A stretch of DNA of 64,000 nt, taken from assembly GCA_049325335.1 (NCBI GenBank), contig JBMOMC010000001.1, forward strand, positions 224,001-288,000, in the 5' to 3' direction. Origin of the DNA: Nitrospirota bacterium (GTDB lineage Bacteria; Nitrospirota; Nitrospiria; 2-01-FULL-66-17). Below the pieces are notes generated by a model that searched no databases, was not told the DNA's origin, and worked only from the letters and a program-made list of their open reading frames with translations. Position 1 is the first letter of the stretch. Every line of letters starts with the position of its first letter. The position numbers were made by a program, and so were the translations under genes. Below, one piece after another: positions 48,910 through 58,457 of this stretch.

Positions 48910-50085
48910 ATGGAACCCCTGTGGCTGATCGCGGCGTTATTGGTCGCGTGGATGATCGTGGTCGGCGTCGCGTTGTTTCGTCGCCGATCCGACCCCGCGC
49001 TCGAGCTGCTCCAACAGCAGCTCGACGCCATGAACCGTCAGCTCAGCGAATCAGCGGGAGGGGCGAAATTAATGCACGACCGGCTCGGCCAGGTCACGCA
49101 AGATGTCAATGGCCAACTCTCGGCGATCACAACCCAAGTCAACGGCCAGTTGGGGCTGATCACCACCCAGGTCAACCAGCAACTCACGGCCATTGGCAAA
49201 CAGGTCCAGGAAGCCACCGGGCAGATGGGCACGCGGCTGGACAACGCGGCCCGCGTGGTGGGCGAGGTCCGGCAAAACTTGGGCGAACTGACCAAGGCCA
49301 CCGAGCGCGTGTTCGACGTAGGCAAGGACATCGCCAGCCTGCAGGAGATCCTGCGCGCGCCCAAACTACGCGGCGTGTTGGGCGAATTGTTTCTAGGCGA
49401 TTTGCTCGGCCAGATCCTACCGCCCACGCACTATGCGCTGCAATACAAGTTCAAGAGCGGTGAGGCCGTGGACGCGGCCATCCACTTAGGGCAAGGCATT
49501 GTCCCGGTGGACAGTAAGTTCCCGTTGGAAAATTTTCGCCGCGTGATCGCGAGCGAGGCCGAGGACGAGCGTAAGGCCGCCAAGAAAAAGTTCTCGACTG
49601 ACGTGAAAAAACACATCGACGCCATCGCCACCAAGTACATTTTGCCGGACGAAGGTACGTTCGACTTCGCGCTCATGTACATCCCGGCTGAGAACGTGTA
49701 CTACGAAGTGATCTTGAAAGACGACGCGTTCGGCGAGGACAAGGGCCTGTGCGCCTACGCGCTCGCGCAACGCGTGATCCCGGTCTCGCCCAACAGCTTC
49801 TACGCGTACCTGCAAGCCATCGTGCTCGGACTCAAAGGCCTGCGCATCGAAAAGAACGCGCAGGAGATGATCCAGCACCTCAAACGGTTACAGGGCGACT
49901 TTCAACGATTCCGGGACGACTTCGAGGTGTTGGGCAAACACCTGGGCAACACGCGCGGCAAGTACGAAGATGCGGCCAAACGCCTGGAACGTTTCGGCGA
50001 GAAACTCGCGAGCGTGGAAGACTCGGCCGCAGCGCCGACTCTCGAAGTCGACGCCACTCCGCCAGCTCAACGACCATTGCTGTAA
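48910..50085 (+). CDS. rmuC: DNA recombination protein RmuC family
   Basis: N-terminal TM + coiled coil; PKLRG.LGE, VDSKFP, DFALMYIPAE, VSPNS. Confidence 0.9.
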   Translation: MEPLWLIAALLVAWMIVVGVALFRRRSDPALELLQQQLDAMNRQLSESAGGAKLMHDRLGQVTQDVNGQLSAITTQVNGQLGLITTQVNQQLTAIGKQVQEATGQMGTRLDNAARVVGEVRQNLGELTKATERVFDVGKDIASLQEILRAPKLRGVLGELFLGDLLGQILPPTHYALQYKFKSGEAVDAAIHLGQGIVPVDSKFPLENFRRVIASEAEDERKAAKKKFSTDVKKHIDAIATKYILPDEGTFDFALMYIPAENVYYEVILKDDAFGEDKGLCAYALAQRVIPVSPNSFYAYLQAIVLGLKGLRIEKNAQEMIQHLKRLQGDFQRFRDDFEVLGKHLGNTRGKYEDAAKRLERFGEKLASVEDSAAAPTLEVDATPPAQRPLL

Positions 50086-50088
50086 GGG

Positions 50089-50382
50089 CTAGACAGGCCG
50101 TTCCGGCTCGTCTTCATTGGGAACGATGAAGATGAGCGCCACATACAGCAACACCACCACGCCGAACGAGATGAACGCGGCCAGCACCCAGAGGACGCGC
50201 ACGATCGCGGGATCGATCCCCAGGTAGTCCGCCATCCCGCCGCAAATGCCCGCGAGTTTGCGGTCACGACGCGATCGCGTCAACCGCTTCGCCATCCCCG
50301 GCGGGGTCAACGACGACCCGCAGTAGCGACACTTGATCGCATCGGTCTGAATTTCTTCCGCGCAGTAAGCGCACCGCTTCAT
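50089..50382 (-). CDS. Zinc-ribbon + PspC-domain membrane protein
   Basis: CAYCAEEI...KCRYCG, then LTRSRRDRKLAGICGGMADYLGIDP..VR. Confidence 0.85.
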   Translation of the reverse strand: MKRCAYCAEEIQTDAIKCRYCGSSLTPPGMAKRLTRSRRDRKLAGICGGMADYLGIDPAIVRVLWVLAAFISFGVVVLLYVALIFIVPNEDEPERPV

Positions 50383-50535
50383 GCCGCGACGTTACCAAAC
50401 GCGACCGCCACGCGTCCAGCCGCGTCCGCGCCCCGTTCGGTTCTCATTCCGCGGACTCCGTGGTACCCTTCGTGCTCGCCGGCGGACGACCGGCCCTATA
50501 CCGGTTCGTCACCGTCGCGGTAAACGGAGGGCCTG

Positions 50536-51498
50536 ATGACCACAGGGCGATCAACCTTCAGCGCATTGGCGCTCTTGGCGGCGCTTACCGCGCCGTTCAT
50601 CGCGGCCGGGGCGGATATTTTTACCTGGACCGACGAGCGGGGCACCATCCATTTTTCGGATTCCACGAGCGACGTCCCCGCGCGATACCGCCACTCGATC
50701 AAAGCCAAACAATTCGGCCCTGACGACACGAGCCCTCCGGCCAACGCGCCGGCCGCGCCGCAACTCTCCGACGATGACGAGGAGATGGCCCCGCCCGCCG
50801 GTTCCCAAGCGCCCGTCGCGCAGACGCGCAAGCGATTCGAGGTGCCCTACCAGGCCTATGAAGGAAACGCCAAGCGGCTCCTGGTGTCCGCGCGGTTCAA
50901 CGACCGGGTCACCGCCCGGATGATTTTGGACACCGGCGCGCCGCGCTCGCTCATTTCCATGAACGTCGCGAACGACCTGGGACTGCTCGATGACGACCAA
51001 GGACAACTCGTGGTCGCGATCGGCGGTATCGGCGGAAGCACGACCGCGATTCGAACCGTCATCAACAGCATCCAGATCGGCGGCGCGCGGATCGAGTTCG
51101 TCCCCGTGGAGATATCCAAATCCATCTCCGACGCATTCGAGGGACTGATCGGGATGGATTTCCTGGGGGACTACTCGATGAGCGTCGACCCCACCAAGCG
51201 ACTGGTGATTTTCGAAGAGGTTCCCGACACCACCGACCGACCAGGCGGGCGGGATGAAACCTGGTGGCGCAACACCTTCAGCGAATTTGCGGCCTATCAC
51301 AACCACTGGAAGCAGACCTTCACGACGATCGAGAAAGAGTTGACGCAGACCAGCGTCACGACCGCAAGGACCCGCGGCGACCTGGAGCGACGCCGCGACC
51401 TCGCCAAACGGCAATCCCAAGAAGCCGAAAAACTCATGGATCGCCTGCACCGCTTCGCCCGCGAACACGCCGTGCCCATGCACTGGCGAACCTACTGA
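50536..51498 (+). CDS. Secreted DUF4124 + retropepsin-like aspartyl protease
   Basis: IFTWTDERGTIHFSD; ILDTGA; GLIGMDFL. Confidence 0.85.
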   Translation: MTTGRSTFSALALLAALTAPFIAAGADIFTWTDERGTIHFSDSTSDVPARYRHSIKAKQFGPDDTSPPANAPAAPQLSDDDEEMAPPAGSQAPVAQTRKRFEVPYQAYEGNAKRLLVSARFNDRVTARMILDTGAPRSLISMNVANDLGLLDDDQGQLVVAIGGIGGSTTAIRTVINSIQIGGARIEFVPVEISKSISDAFEGLIGMDFLGDYSMSVDPTKRLVIFEEVPDTTDRPGGRDETWWRNTFSEFAAYHNHWKQTFTTIEKELTQTSVTTARTRGDLERRRDLAKRQSQEAEKLMDRLHRFAREHAVPMHWRTY

Positions 51499-51550
51499 CG
51501 CGATGCCTATTCGGAATGTCCCATGACTTTCCTATGCTAAACTTACCGCC

Positions 51551-52210
51551 ATGATTCTTCCGAAACGCTCCGTGGCCAGGCACATCGGGCGAGCATGGTT
51601 TGCCGTAGTGATCCTAGGGTTTGTCTTGACTGGTCCTCTCAAAGCGTCGGCGACCTTTCAGTACACGGACGAGGCGGGGACGATCCACTTCACGGATGAC
51701 CCGGGACAGATTCCGGAACCGATTCGAAAGCGCATGGGAATCTGGGTCGAACCACCCGCGAAACCGCCGGAGGCAAACCTGCGCCTGAAATTTTCGGAGC
51801 CTCTGCCCGCGCCGGATCCGGTCGAAGTCACACCCGCAGAACCTTCACTCTGGGAACAGGTCGTCCCCACGAACATCCGTTCGCCGTGGGTGCCCGGCCT
51901 GATCGGCCTCGCTATGGCCGGAGGCCTTCTCGTGGCGCTGCGCGCCAGCAAGCAGCCGACGTCCCGCATCGCGTGCAAGACGGCCCTCGTACTCGTCATC
52001 GCCGCCAGCGCCACGGTCACCGCAATGGCCGCGCTCGCCGAACGAGGCTCATCGCTACCAGAGGCGATCACCGAAGCCGAAACCACCATCGATCACTGGG
52101 AATCGCGCGTCACCTCCCCGCTTCAGGACGCGGAGCGTCGGGCCAAAGAAATCGGCCAGGCAAAACGCGAATACCAGGAAACGATCAAACAGCTCGAAGC
52201 CCTTCCGTAG
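51551..52210 (+). CDS. DUF4124-domain membrane protein
   Basis: FQYTDEAGTIHFTDDP..IP followed by 2 TM helices. Confidence 0.7.
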   Translation: MILPKRSVARHIGRAWFAVVILGFVLTGPLKASATFQYTDEAGTIHFTDDPGQIPEPIRKRMGIWVEPPAKPPEANLRLKFSEPLPAPDPVEVTPAEPSLWEQVVPTNIRSPWVPGLIGLAMAGGLLVALRASKQPTSRIACKTALVLVIAASATVTAMAALAERGSSLPEAITEAETTIDHWESRVTSPLQDAERRAKEIGQAKREYQETIKQLEALP

Positions 52211-52453
52211 GCTCGACGCCCCCCCGCGTCGCGCGCCATTCGAGACGTCGCTCTTGTACCAAAATAAATCTCTCCCGATTTCTCCAGGTCGGCGGTTTCC
52301 AGATAACCTTGCCTTCCAACTGACGGCGGACGAAGTTGCCGACTTGAGGTCGCACATTGCGATCTCAAGTTCGGAGAGCGCCTGTGATCCGACCACGTGG
52401 TCCAGACAGCAAACATCGTGAGACGAACTGGTCGCAATTTGAGAACCAGACCA

Positions 52454-52557
52454 GGGACGGTCCCAGCTAAACAAGAAATGTCCTAGGTCTTTTGCGAAAG
52501 GGCTTTCGCTCGGCAGCTCGTTGACGAAGAAATTAGTTACTTACTTGGGACCGTCCC
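52454..52557. repeat. Inverted pair of REP-like palindromes
   Basis: GGGACGGTCCCA (52454-52465) and TGGGACCGTCCC (52546-52557) around an AT-rich spacer. Confidence 0.55.
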
Positions 52558-52666
52558 CAATCGGTTCGCTGATGATCTTCGAGAAGACTACCGGGCCACT
52601 CCCGTATACACTCACAAAAACGCGGTTTCAACCCGGTTATCCGCCTTTGGGGGAGAGGAATTTGGT

Positions 52667-53602
52667 GTGCCACTAAAATGTGACGCCTGTGGTTGTTCGT
52701 CTGAATTCGAGCAGACATTCCGAACTCGTCGCGCCGGCCTTCGTATGCAGTCGGTACTCCTGTGCCCAGCATGTTGGTCAAATGATTACATCGCAAGGTT
52801 CAAGACCACTCTTGGCATGATTGCGGCTGCATTCGTCGGTGGCCTAATTCTCCACTACACTGACACATCAGACTCCTTAGGGATAGGGCTAATCAACATT
52901 GGCCTGGTCTATCTTTTTATGTTGGTCATGGTAATCCCACACGAGTTAGGCCACGCAATTGCTGCAAGGATCGTCGGCTTCCGAGTCTTCAAGGTGGTCA
53001 TCGGATATGGACCCATCCTCTTAACGCGCAAATATCTGGGATGGCAATGGGAGTTCAGGCCTCTGCCTATCGGGGGTGTTACCGTGGCCGCATCACCTTT
53101 GCCGCGGTTGTATCGAACGCGAGAATTCCTTTTGGTCCTTGCCGGGCCATTAGTAAACGTGATCTTTGCGGTGGCCCCGTTTTGGCTCGGGCAAAAAATC
53201 GGGAGTTCCAACCGGCTAGGGTTCTGGGAGGCGTCCCTGCTAATCGACCTCGCGCTGGCGAACATTCTCTTGCTTGTAATGAACCTCTGGCCGCGAAAGC
53301 TACCGACCACCACCGGCATCATCGACAGCGATGGACTGGCACTCCTCACGGTCCCATTCAGCTCCCAGAAAACGGTTGAGGAAGGCCTCGCGACGTACTA
53401 TCGGCTGGCATCCAACGAGCTCCTTCGACGGAACCAGTTCGGGCAGGCCATCCAACAATGCGAACAAGGTCTCGTACACTTTCCTGACTCTGAACCTCTC
53501 CGGAAACAGATGGGCCTTGTTCTGTTGGTTATGAATGAAATCGACAAAACTCGTCAATTAGGCAGGAAACAGAAATCAATAGCGCCAGTGCCTGACCCGT
53601 AA
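52667..53602 (+). CDS. M50 (site-2 protease) family metallopeptidase with N-terminal Cys pairs and a partial C-terminal TPR; low GC
   Basis: CDAC...CPAC, HELGH, LAGPLVN, NLWP...SDG. Confidence 0.8.
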   Translation: MPLKCDACGCSSEFEQTFRTRRAGLRMQSVLLCPACWSNDYIARFKTTLGMIAAAFVGGLILHYTDTSDSLGIGLINIGLVYLFMLVMVIPHELGHAIAARIVGFRVFKVVIGYGPILLTRKYLGWQWEFRPLPIGGVTVAASPLPRLYRTREFLLVLAGPLVNVIFAVAPFWLGQKIGSSNRLGFWEASLLIDLALANILLLVMNLWPRKLPTTTGIIDSDGLALLTVPFSSQKTVEEGLATYYRLASNELLRRNQFGQAIQQCEQGLVHFPDSEPLRKQMGLVLLVMNEIDKTRQLGRKQKSIAPVPDP

Positions 53603-53744
53603 AAGCCGCCCGCGTTTCGCCGCCCTTTAGGTATCTCGCCTGAGCATGATGTCGTCCCAAGCCACGGGTTGACCACCCGAAACTACCTGCAAGGCGGTCG
53701 GACTTGATTTTCGCGTGACGCGCCTGCTAGTCTGCGCCGGGCGT

Positions 53745-54446
53745 ATGATGGACTTTTCGCTGTATTCCGGCGCTGCGGTGCGCCGCGCGATGGTTGTCCT
53801 CGGGTTGGCCGTGGTGCTCGCGGCCTGCGCGGGCAAGAAGGACGATCCCGCGCTCAAGCCGCTGCTCGCCCTTACCGATTTGCAGTATGACGCCGGGGTC
53901 ATTATGACCAAGGCCGAGGCGTTATACGACGAGAAGAAGTGGGACGAGGCGATTCCGGAATACGAGCGCTTTCTGGAACTGCACCCGGTGCATCGCTGGG
54001 CGCCGCACGCGCAGTTCAAACTCGCGCTCTGTTACACCCAGCGAATTCCCAAGGTCGGACGCGACCCCTCGATCGCGGAAAAGGCCGAGGCCGCGTACGA
54101 ACGGGTGTTGTCGTATTCGGACACCCGATACGCGGAGGTCGCGCGCGCCAAACTCGCCGACGTGCGCACGCACCGCGCCCAGTCGGATCTGGAAATCGGA
54201 CGGTTTTATCATAAGCAGGGCAAGTACCCCGCCGCGATCATTCGGTTCCAGAAGGTGATCGACACCAAGCTCGGCGGTGCCGTGACCGAAGAGGCTTCGT
54301 ATTACCTGGCGTTGTCCTACGAGCGCGACGGGCAACCGGAGCTGGCAAGCCGGGCCGCGCAGTCGCTCGTGGACGCGTTTCCGAACACCCGCTACGCCAA
54401 GGCCGTCGCCAAACTCCGGGCGCGCCTGACGTCCAGTGCCAACTAA
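53745..54446 (+). CDS. bamD: Outer-membrane assembly lipoprotein BamD
   Basis: LAAC lipobox; TPR; RDPS.A; IGRFY...Y.AAIIRF. Confidence 0.85.
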   Translation: MMDFSLYSGAAVRRAMVVLGLAVVLAACAGKKDDPALKPLLALTDLQYDAGVIMTKAEALYDEKKWDEAIPEYERFLELHPVHRWAPHAQFKLALCYTQRIPKVGRDPSIAEKAEAAYERVLSYSDTRYAEVARAKLADVRTHRAQSDLEIGRFYHKQGKYPAAIIRFQKVIDTKLGGAVTEEASYYLALSYERDGQPELASRAAQSLVDAFPNTRYAKAVAKLRARLTSSAN

Positions 54447-55155
54447 CGCCCGGTACTACCCCGCCATGCTGAACTTGGAGGACCGCGCCGTGGTGGTGAT
54501 CGGCGGCGGCGTGATTGCGACCCGCAAGGTGGCGGAGTTGCTCGCGAGCGGCGCCCGCGTCACCGTGATCAGCCCGACCGTGAGCCCCCGCGTGGCGCGA
54601 TGGGCGCGCGAAGGCCGCCTGCGACTTCGTCGCCGCGCGTACCGGAGCGGCGACCTGAAAGGCTCGCGCCTAGCCGTGGCCGCCACGTCCGACCCCGGTG
54701 AACAGACGCGGATCGCACAGGAGGCCCAGACCACGCTGACGTGGGTGAACGTGGTGGATCAACCCGAGCACTGCGACTTTGTGGCCCCGGCCGTGGTGCG
54801 GCGCGGCGATCTGACGATCGCGGTCTCAACCGGCGGACACAACCCCGCGCTCGCGCGCTGGCTCAAACAGGAACTGGCCGCGACCGTGGGGCCCGAATAC
54901 GGCCGCCTGACCGCGCTGCTCGCCGCGGTCCGCCTCGCGCTGCGCGAGCACGGCGCGCCGATGACGACGCGGCGACGATTGGTCGATCAGCTCATGGCCG
55001 CGGGCTTGTTGGAGCGCGTGCGCGCGAACGATCGCCACGGCATCCTCCGCCTGATTCGTCGCGTCACCGGCCTGCCCACGTTCACCGCGCCAACCCCATC
55101 CACCCGAACCGGACGGAGCGCACATGTCTCCACGCACGCCGCGATCATTCGATAA
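54436..55155 (+). CDS. sirC: Precorrin-2 dehydrogenase / sirohydrochlorin ferrochelatase (CysG N-terminal / SirC)
   Basis: YYP..LNL, VIGGG.IA.RK, VNVVD.P..CDF..PAVVRRG.L.IAVSTGG.NP.LA. Confidence 0.9.
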   Translation: MPTNARYYPAMLNLEDRAVVVIGGGVIATRKVAELLASGARVTVISPTVSPRVARWAREGRLRLRRRAYRSGDLKGSRLAVAATSDPGEQTRIAQEAQTTLTWVNVVDQPEHCDFVAPAVVRRGDLTIAVSTGGHNPALARWLKQELAATVGPEYGRLTALLAAVRLALREHGAPMTTRRRLVDQLMAAGLLERVRANDRHGILRLIRRVTGLPTFTAPTPSTRTGRSAHVSTHAAIIR

Positions 55156-55321
55156 AGCACTCTATTACGTGGGACGCGGCGTCCAGCTCGTGGGGCTGCT
55201 GATCACGCTCAACGTGGTGGTCTTATTTTTCTTCCCGGAATACAAGATGGGGCCATTGCTGCAACTCACCGCCGTGGGGGTGATCACGTTTTTTGTGGGC
55301 TGGTTAATCCAGGCCAGGTAA
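55124..55321 (+). CDS. Small 2-TM membrane protein
   Basis: LYYVGRGVQLVGLLI...GVITFFVGWLIQ. Confidence 0.65.
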   Translation: MSPRTPRSFDKALYYVGRGVQLVGLLITLNVVVLFFFPEYKMGPLLQLTAVGVITFFVGWLIQAR

Positions 55322-55330
55322 CGCGTTCTC

Positions 55331-56497
55331 TTATCGCATAAACAGCGATGAGACCCGGCTGGCCACCGCCGCCGGCGCCAGGCGGATGGCGTGACGTTTG
55401 AGACGAGACCACAGCGCCCGGAACGAGGACTCCCCGCGTAACACGTCGTACATCCAGCCCACCACCTCGGGGTGGGCCCGCATCGCGTCGTACCACAGCC
55501 GTGGGTGCCCATAGGCGATCGCCGCGAGACGCGCGGTGACCGCGAGTTCCGGCGCCAGAGCGTTGCGCACCCATTGCTCGTATTCGTGTAAGTTGATCGC
55601 GCCGTTCGCAAGTTGACGGCCGATGGTTCGGCCGAGATGTTGCCCGCTGAGCACGCCGAAGTAAATGCCCTCGCCGAAAAACGGGTCCACCAACCGCGCC
55701 GCGTCGCCGACCAGACCGATGCGTTGTGACGCGACGCGAAATGTCGCGGTGAATACCGGGATCGGATGGCCGATCGGCGGCGGAATCGCCTGCTCGCGAA
55801 GCGCGGGCTGGCGTTCCATCGCCAGGTGATACCGTTGTTTGGGCCGAGGCTCCGCGCCGTAAAATCCCGCGACCCCGACCGACACGCCCCGCCGCTTGGG
55901 AAACACCCAGCCGTACCCGCCGGGCACGGCCCCCATTTCCAAAACCGCGCGCGGCGGCGCGGCCGCGCCGGACACCTCGGCCTCCAGTCCGTACACGCCG
56001 CGGAGCGCGTGGTCGGGGTTCAGACGTTTGGCCAGACGGCTGTGCGCGCCGTCCGCGCCCACCAAGCAGCGCGCCTGATACGCCCCGCGCGCGGTCCGCA
56101 CGTGAACGCCGGAGTCGGCCTCTTCGCGCACCTCGATCGCGGGCTCCCCGTACCGAACGTCCGCGCCCGCGGCCGCGGCCCGATCCGCGAGCCACGCGTC
56201 GAACCGATCACGCATGACAAACCGCGCCAGCGGCCCGTCGGCATCCACGCTGAACGCCTCGGCCCCGCGGTACACGAACTCCATGCCCCGCACCGAGGCT
56301 TCGACGGTTTCGTGGTAGACGGTCCCGATCACGCGGTCCAGTCGGGCCGACAACCCGCCGCCGCACACCTTGTATCGTGGAAACCGCTCGCGTTCGAGCA
56401 CCAAGACGGTTCGCCCCGCGGCCGCAATTTCGTACGCGGCGGACGCGCCCGCTGGTCCGCCCCCCACGACAATCGCGTCATATGTAGATGTCTTCAT
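55331..56497 (-). CDS. Geranylgeranyl reductase-family FAD oxidoreductase
   Basis: VVGGGPAG, FPRYKVCGGG, GADGAHS, GYGWVFPK, VGDAA.LVDP..GEGI. Confidence 0.9.
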   Translation of the reverse strand: MKTSTYDAIVVGGGPAGASAAYEIAAAGRTVLVLERERFPRYKVCGGGLSARLDRVIGTVYHETVEASVRGMEFVYRGAEAFSVDADGPLARFVMRDRFDAWLADRAAAAGADVRYGEPAIEVREEADSGVHVRTARGAYQARCLVGADGAHSRLAKRLNPDHALRGVYGLEAEVSGAAAPPRAVLEMGAVPGGYGWVFPKRRGVSVGVAGFYGAEPRPKQRYHLAMERQPALREQAIPPPIGHPIPVFTATFRVASQRIGLVGDAARLVDPFFGEGIYFGVLSGQHLGRTIGRQLANGAINLHEYEQWVRNALAPELAVTARLAAIAYGHPRLWYDAMRAHPEVVGWMYDVLRGESSFRALWSRLKRHAIRLAPAAVASRVSSLFMR

Positions 56498-56518
56498 ACC
56501 GGGAAAATGACGTCAGAG

Positions 56519-56647
56519 CAGAGTGTCGAAAAAGTCTTGAGCGTGGTTCGACAGGCTCACCACGAACGGAACAATTGATGAATTTTATTGCTCCATCCGT
56601 TCGTCCTGAGCTCGTCGAAGGACGTCCACAGATTTTCCAGCGGCCTG
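56519..56647. repeat. Palindromic repeat / MITE-like element, copy 2 (inverted relative to 1045-1197)
   Basis: AGTCTTGAGCGTGGTTCGACAGGCTCACCACGAACGG...CCGTTCGTCCTGAGCTCGTCGAAGGAC; ends CAGAGTGTCGAAAAA / TTTTCCAGCGGCCTG. Confidence 0.75.
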
Positions 56648-56671
56648 CCAGCCGTGGCTCGGTGCGTCAGA

Positions 56672-57412
56672 CTACTGGCCGATGGACCAGCCAATCCCAT
56701 TTTTCGTCAAAAACGAACTCAACATGGAGAGCGAGTTCGTGACGATCAGGATGCCGACCGCAACCAAGAATACGCCGCTGAATTTGGTGATGACCGGAAA
56801 ATACGGGCCGATGGTTTTCATCCGCGTCAGGAAGGTATTAAACCCCAACGCGGTCACCAGCAGCGGCAGACCCAAGCCGACCGAATACACGGTCAGCAAT
56901 TGGACCCCCTCCCAGAGCGAGTGCCGGGTGCTCGCGTAAAGCAGGATGGAGCCCAAAATCGGCCCCACGCACGGCGTCCAACCCGCGGCGAACGCCAGGC
57001 CCACCACGTACGCGCCCAGGTAGCCGGCGGGACGGCCTTGCAAGTGCAGACGTTTATCCGCGGCCAGGGCGGGCAGATTAAAGACCCCCATCACATACAG
57101 GCCGAAAAAGATGATGAACGCGCCGCCGACCCATCGCAACAATTTTTGGTGCGTGAGCACCACCTGCCCCATCAACGACGCGGACGCGCCGAACAGAATG
57201 AACACCGTGGAAAACCCGGCGATGAACAACAAGGACATGATCAACGTGGTCCATTTCACGCGATACCGATCCGTGCCGCGCGTCAATTCGTCGAACGACA
57301 GTCCCGTGACGAAGGACACGTACGCGGGCACCAACGGCAACACGCAGGGCGAGACAAACGAGAGGAACCCGGCGGAAAACGCAATGGCCATCGACGGCGC
57401 GGACGCGTCCAT
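56672..57412 (-). CDS. ccdA: Cytochrome c biogenesis thiol-redox membrane protein CcdA
   Basis: AGFLSFVSPCVLPLVP and GWTPCVGPILG motifs. Confidence 0.92.
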   Translation of the reverse strand: MDASAPSMAIAFSAGFLSFVSPCVLPLVPAYVSFVTGLSFDELTRGTDRYRVKWTTLIMSLLFIAGFSTVFILFGASASLMGQVVLTHQKLLRWVGGAFIIFFGLYVMGVFNLPALAADKRLHLQGRPAGYLGAYVVGLAFAAGWTPCVGPILGSILLYASTRHSLWEGVQLLTVYSVGLGLPLLVTALGFNTFLTRMKTIGPYFPVITKFSGVFLVAVGILIVTNSLSMLSSFLTKNGIGWSIGQ

Positions 57413-57416
57413 TCGC

Positions 57417-58334
57417 CTACTCGCGGATGCCGGAACCGGTCCCGGACGGCGGATTCCCGCCGGCGCCCGGGGTGGTCGGCGGGGCCGGAGCCCCGCCCGA
57501 CTCCGCCACCAACACACGCACCAATTCGCGGTTTTTCGGCGTGTTCCAGTCCATGGCGCCGAAAAATTTGTGCCGAATCACGCCCCGGCGATCCAACACC
57601 ATGCTGGTCGGGAGCGATCGGATTTCGAATTGATCGTTCACCCGCATCTCGGGGTCGAGCAGGATGGGAAACGTGAGGCCGAAGGAGTCCATGAACGGTT
57701 GGACGATCTGCGCGCCCTCATAATCCGTCGAAATGCCGACCACCAGGAAATCCTGCGAGGGAAACTGGTGCGACAACGCTTCCAATGACGGCATCTCGGC
57801 CCGGCACGGGCCGCACCACGTGGCCCAAAAATTCAGCAGGAGGACCTTGCCGCGAAATTCGCTCAAGGTCGAGACCCCGCCGTCCAGTCGCTCCAGCGCG
57901 AACTGCGGCGCCTGAAACCCGACGCGCGTGCCTTCACGCACCGCGGGCGCCTTGGCCTCCGCCAGCGGCGCGGCGGCCGGAGACGGCTCGCACCCCGCCA
58001 GTGCCGCCGCCAGCAACGCGCCGAGCAGCCGCAAATCCGGCGCGTTGGGTCGTCGCCGCATGTGGTCGGTCGCCGGTTCCGCCGGCCGCATCCACGAGCC
58101 GTCCGGCGACAGATAGCCGTCGCGAATGGCCTCCTCGAGAACGGACCGCGCGCGCGCCACGTCCTGGTCCGTCACGCTGATCCTCCGTTCGCCGAACCCA
58201 CCGATGGTCATGGGATACGGGGAAATCGTCAAATCCCGGACCACGCACGGCACGTCGTGTTCAGCGAGCAGGTCGGCGATCCGATCGGCTTCCAGCGGGT
58301 CGTAGGTCTTATAGAGTTCCACGAAGCGGTGCAT
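57417..58334 (-). CDS. DUF2007-like domain in frame with a TlpA/ResA thioredoxin lipoprotein (internal start 58061)
   Basis: N-terminal EA..I..LL....VP...ISV...D...AR..L. Then MRRR..LLGALLAAALAGC lipobox and LLNFWATWCGPCRAEMP. Confidence 0.8.
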   Translation of the reverse strand: MHRFVELYKTYDPLEADRIADLLAEHDVPCVVRDLTISPYPMTIGGFGERRISVTDQDVARARSVLEEAIRDGYLSPDGSWMRPAEPATDHMRRRPNAPDLRLLGALLAAALAGCEPSPAAAPLAEAKAPAVREGTRVGFQAPQFALERLDGGVSTLSEFRGKVLLLNFWATWCGPCRAEMPSLEALSHQFPSQDFLVVGISTDYEGAQIVQPFMDSFGLTFPILLDPEMRVNDQFEIRSLPTSMVLDRRGVIRHKFFGAMDWNTPKNRELVRVLVAESGGAPAPPTTPGAGGNPPSGTGSGIRE

Positions 58335-58457
58335 GTCGGGGTCAATGATAGCGAACCACCGCCGGGACCGTCAACGTGCCCGCGCCGTAGACATCGCGCG
58401 GAGCGTCCCGTATACTGGGGCGATTTATGCCGTACACCCACGTCGTTGATCTCCCGC

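Noticed and set aside
52300..52450. Possible second transposase remnant before the GGGACGGTCCC palindrome
   Set aside because: Only a vague TGRNLRTRPG-like fragment; too degraded to support without a search.
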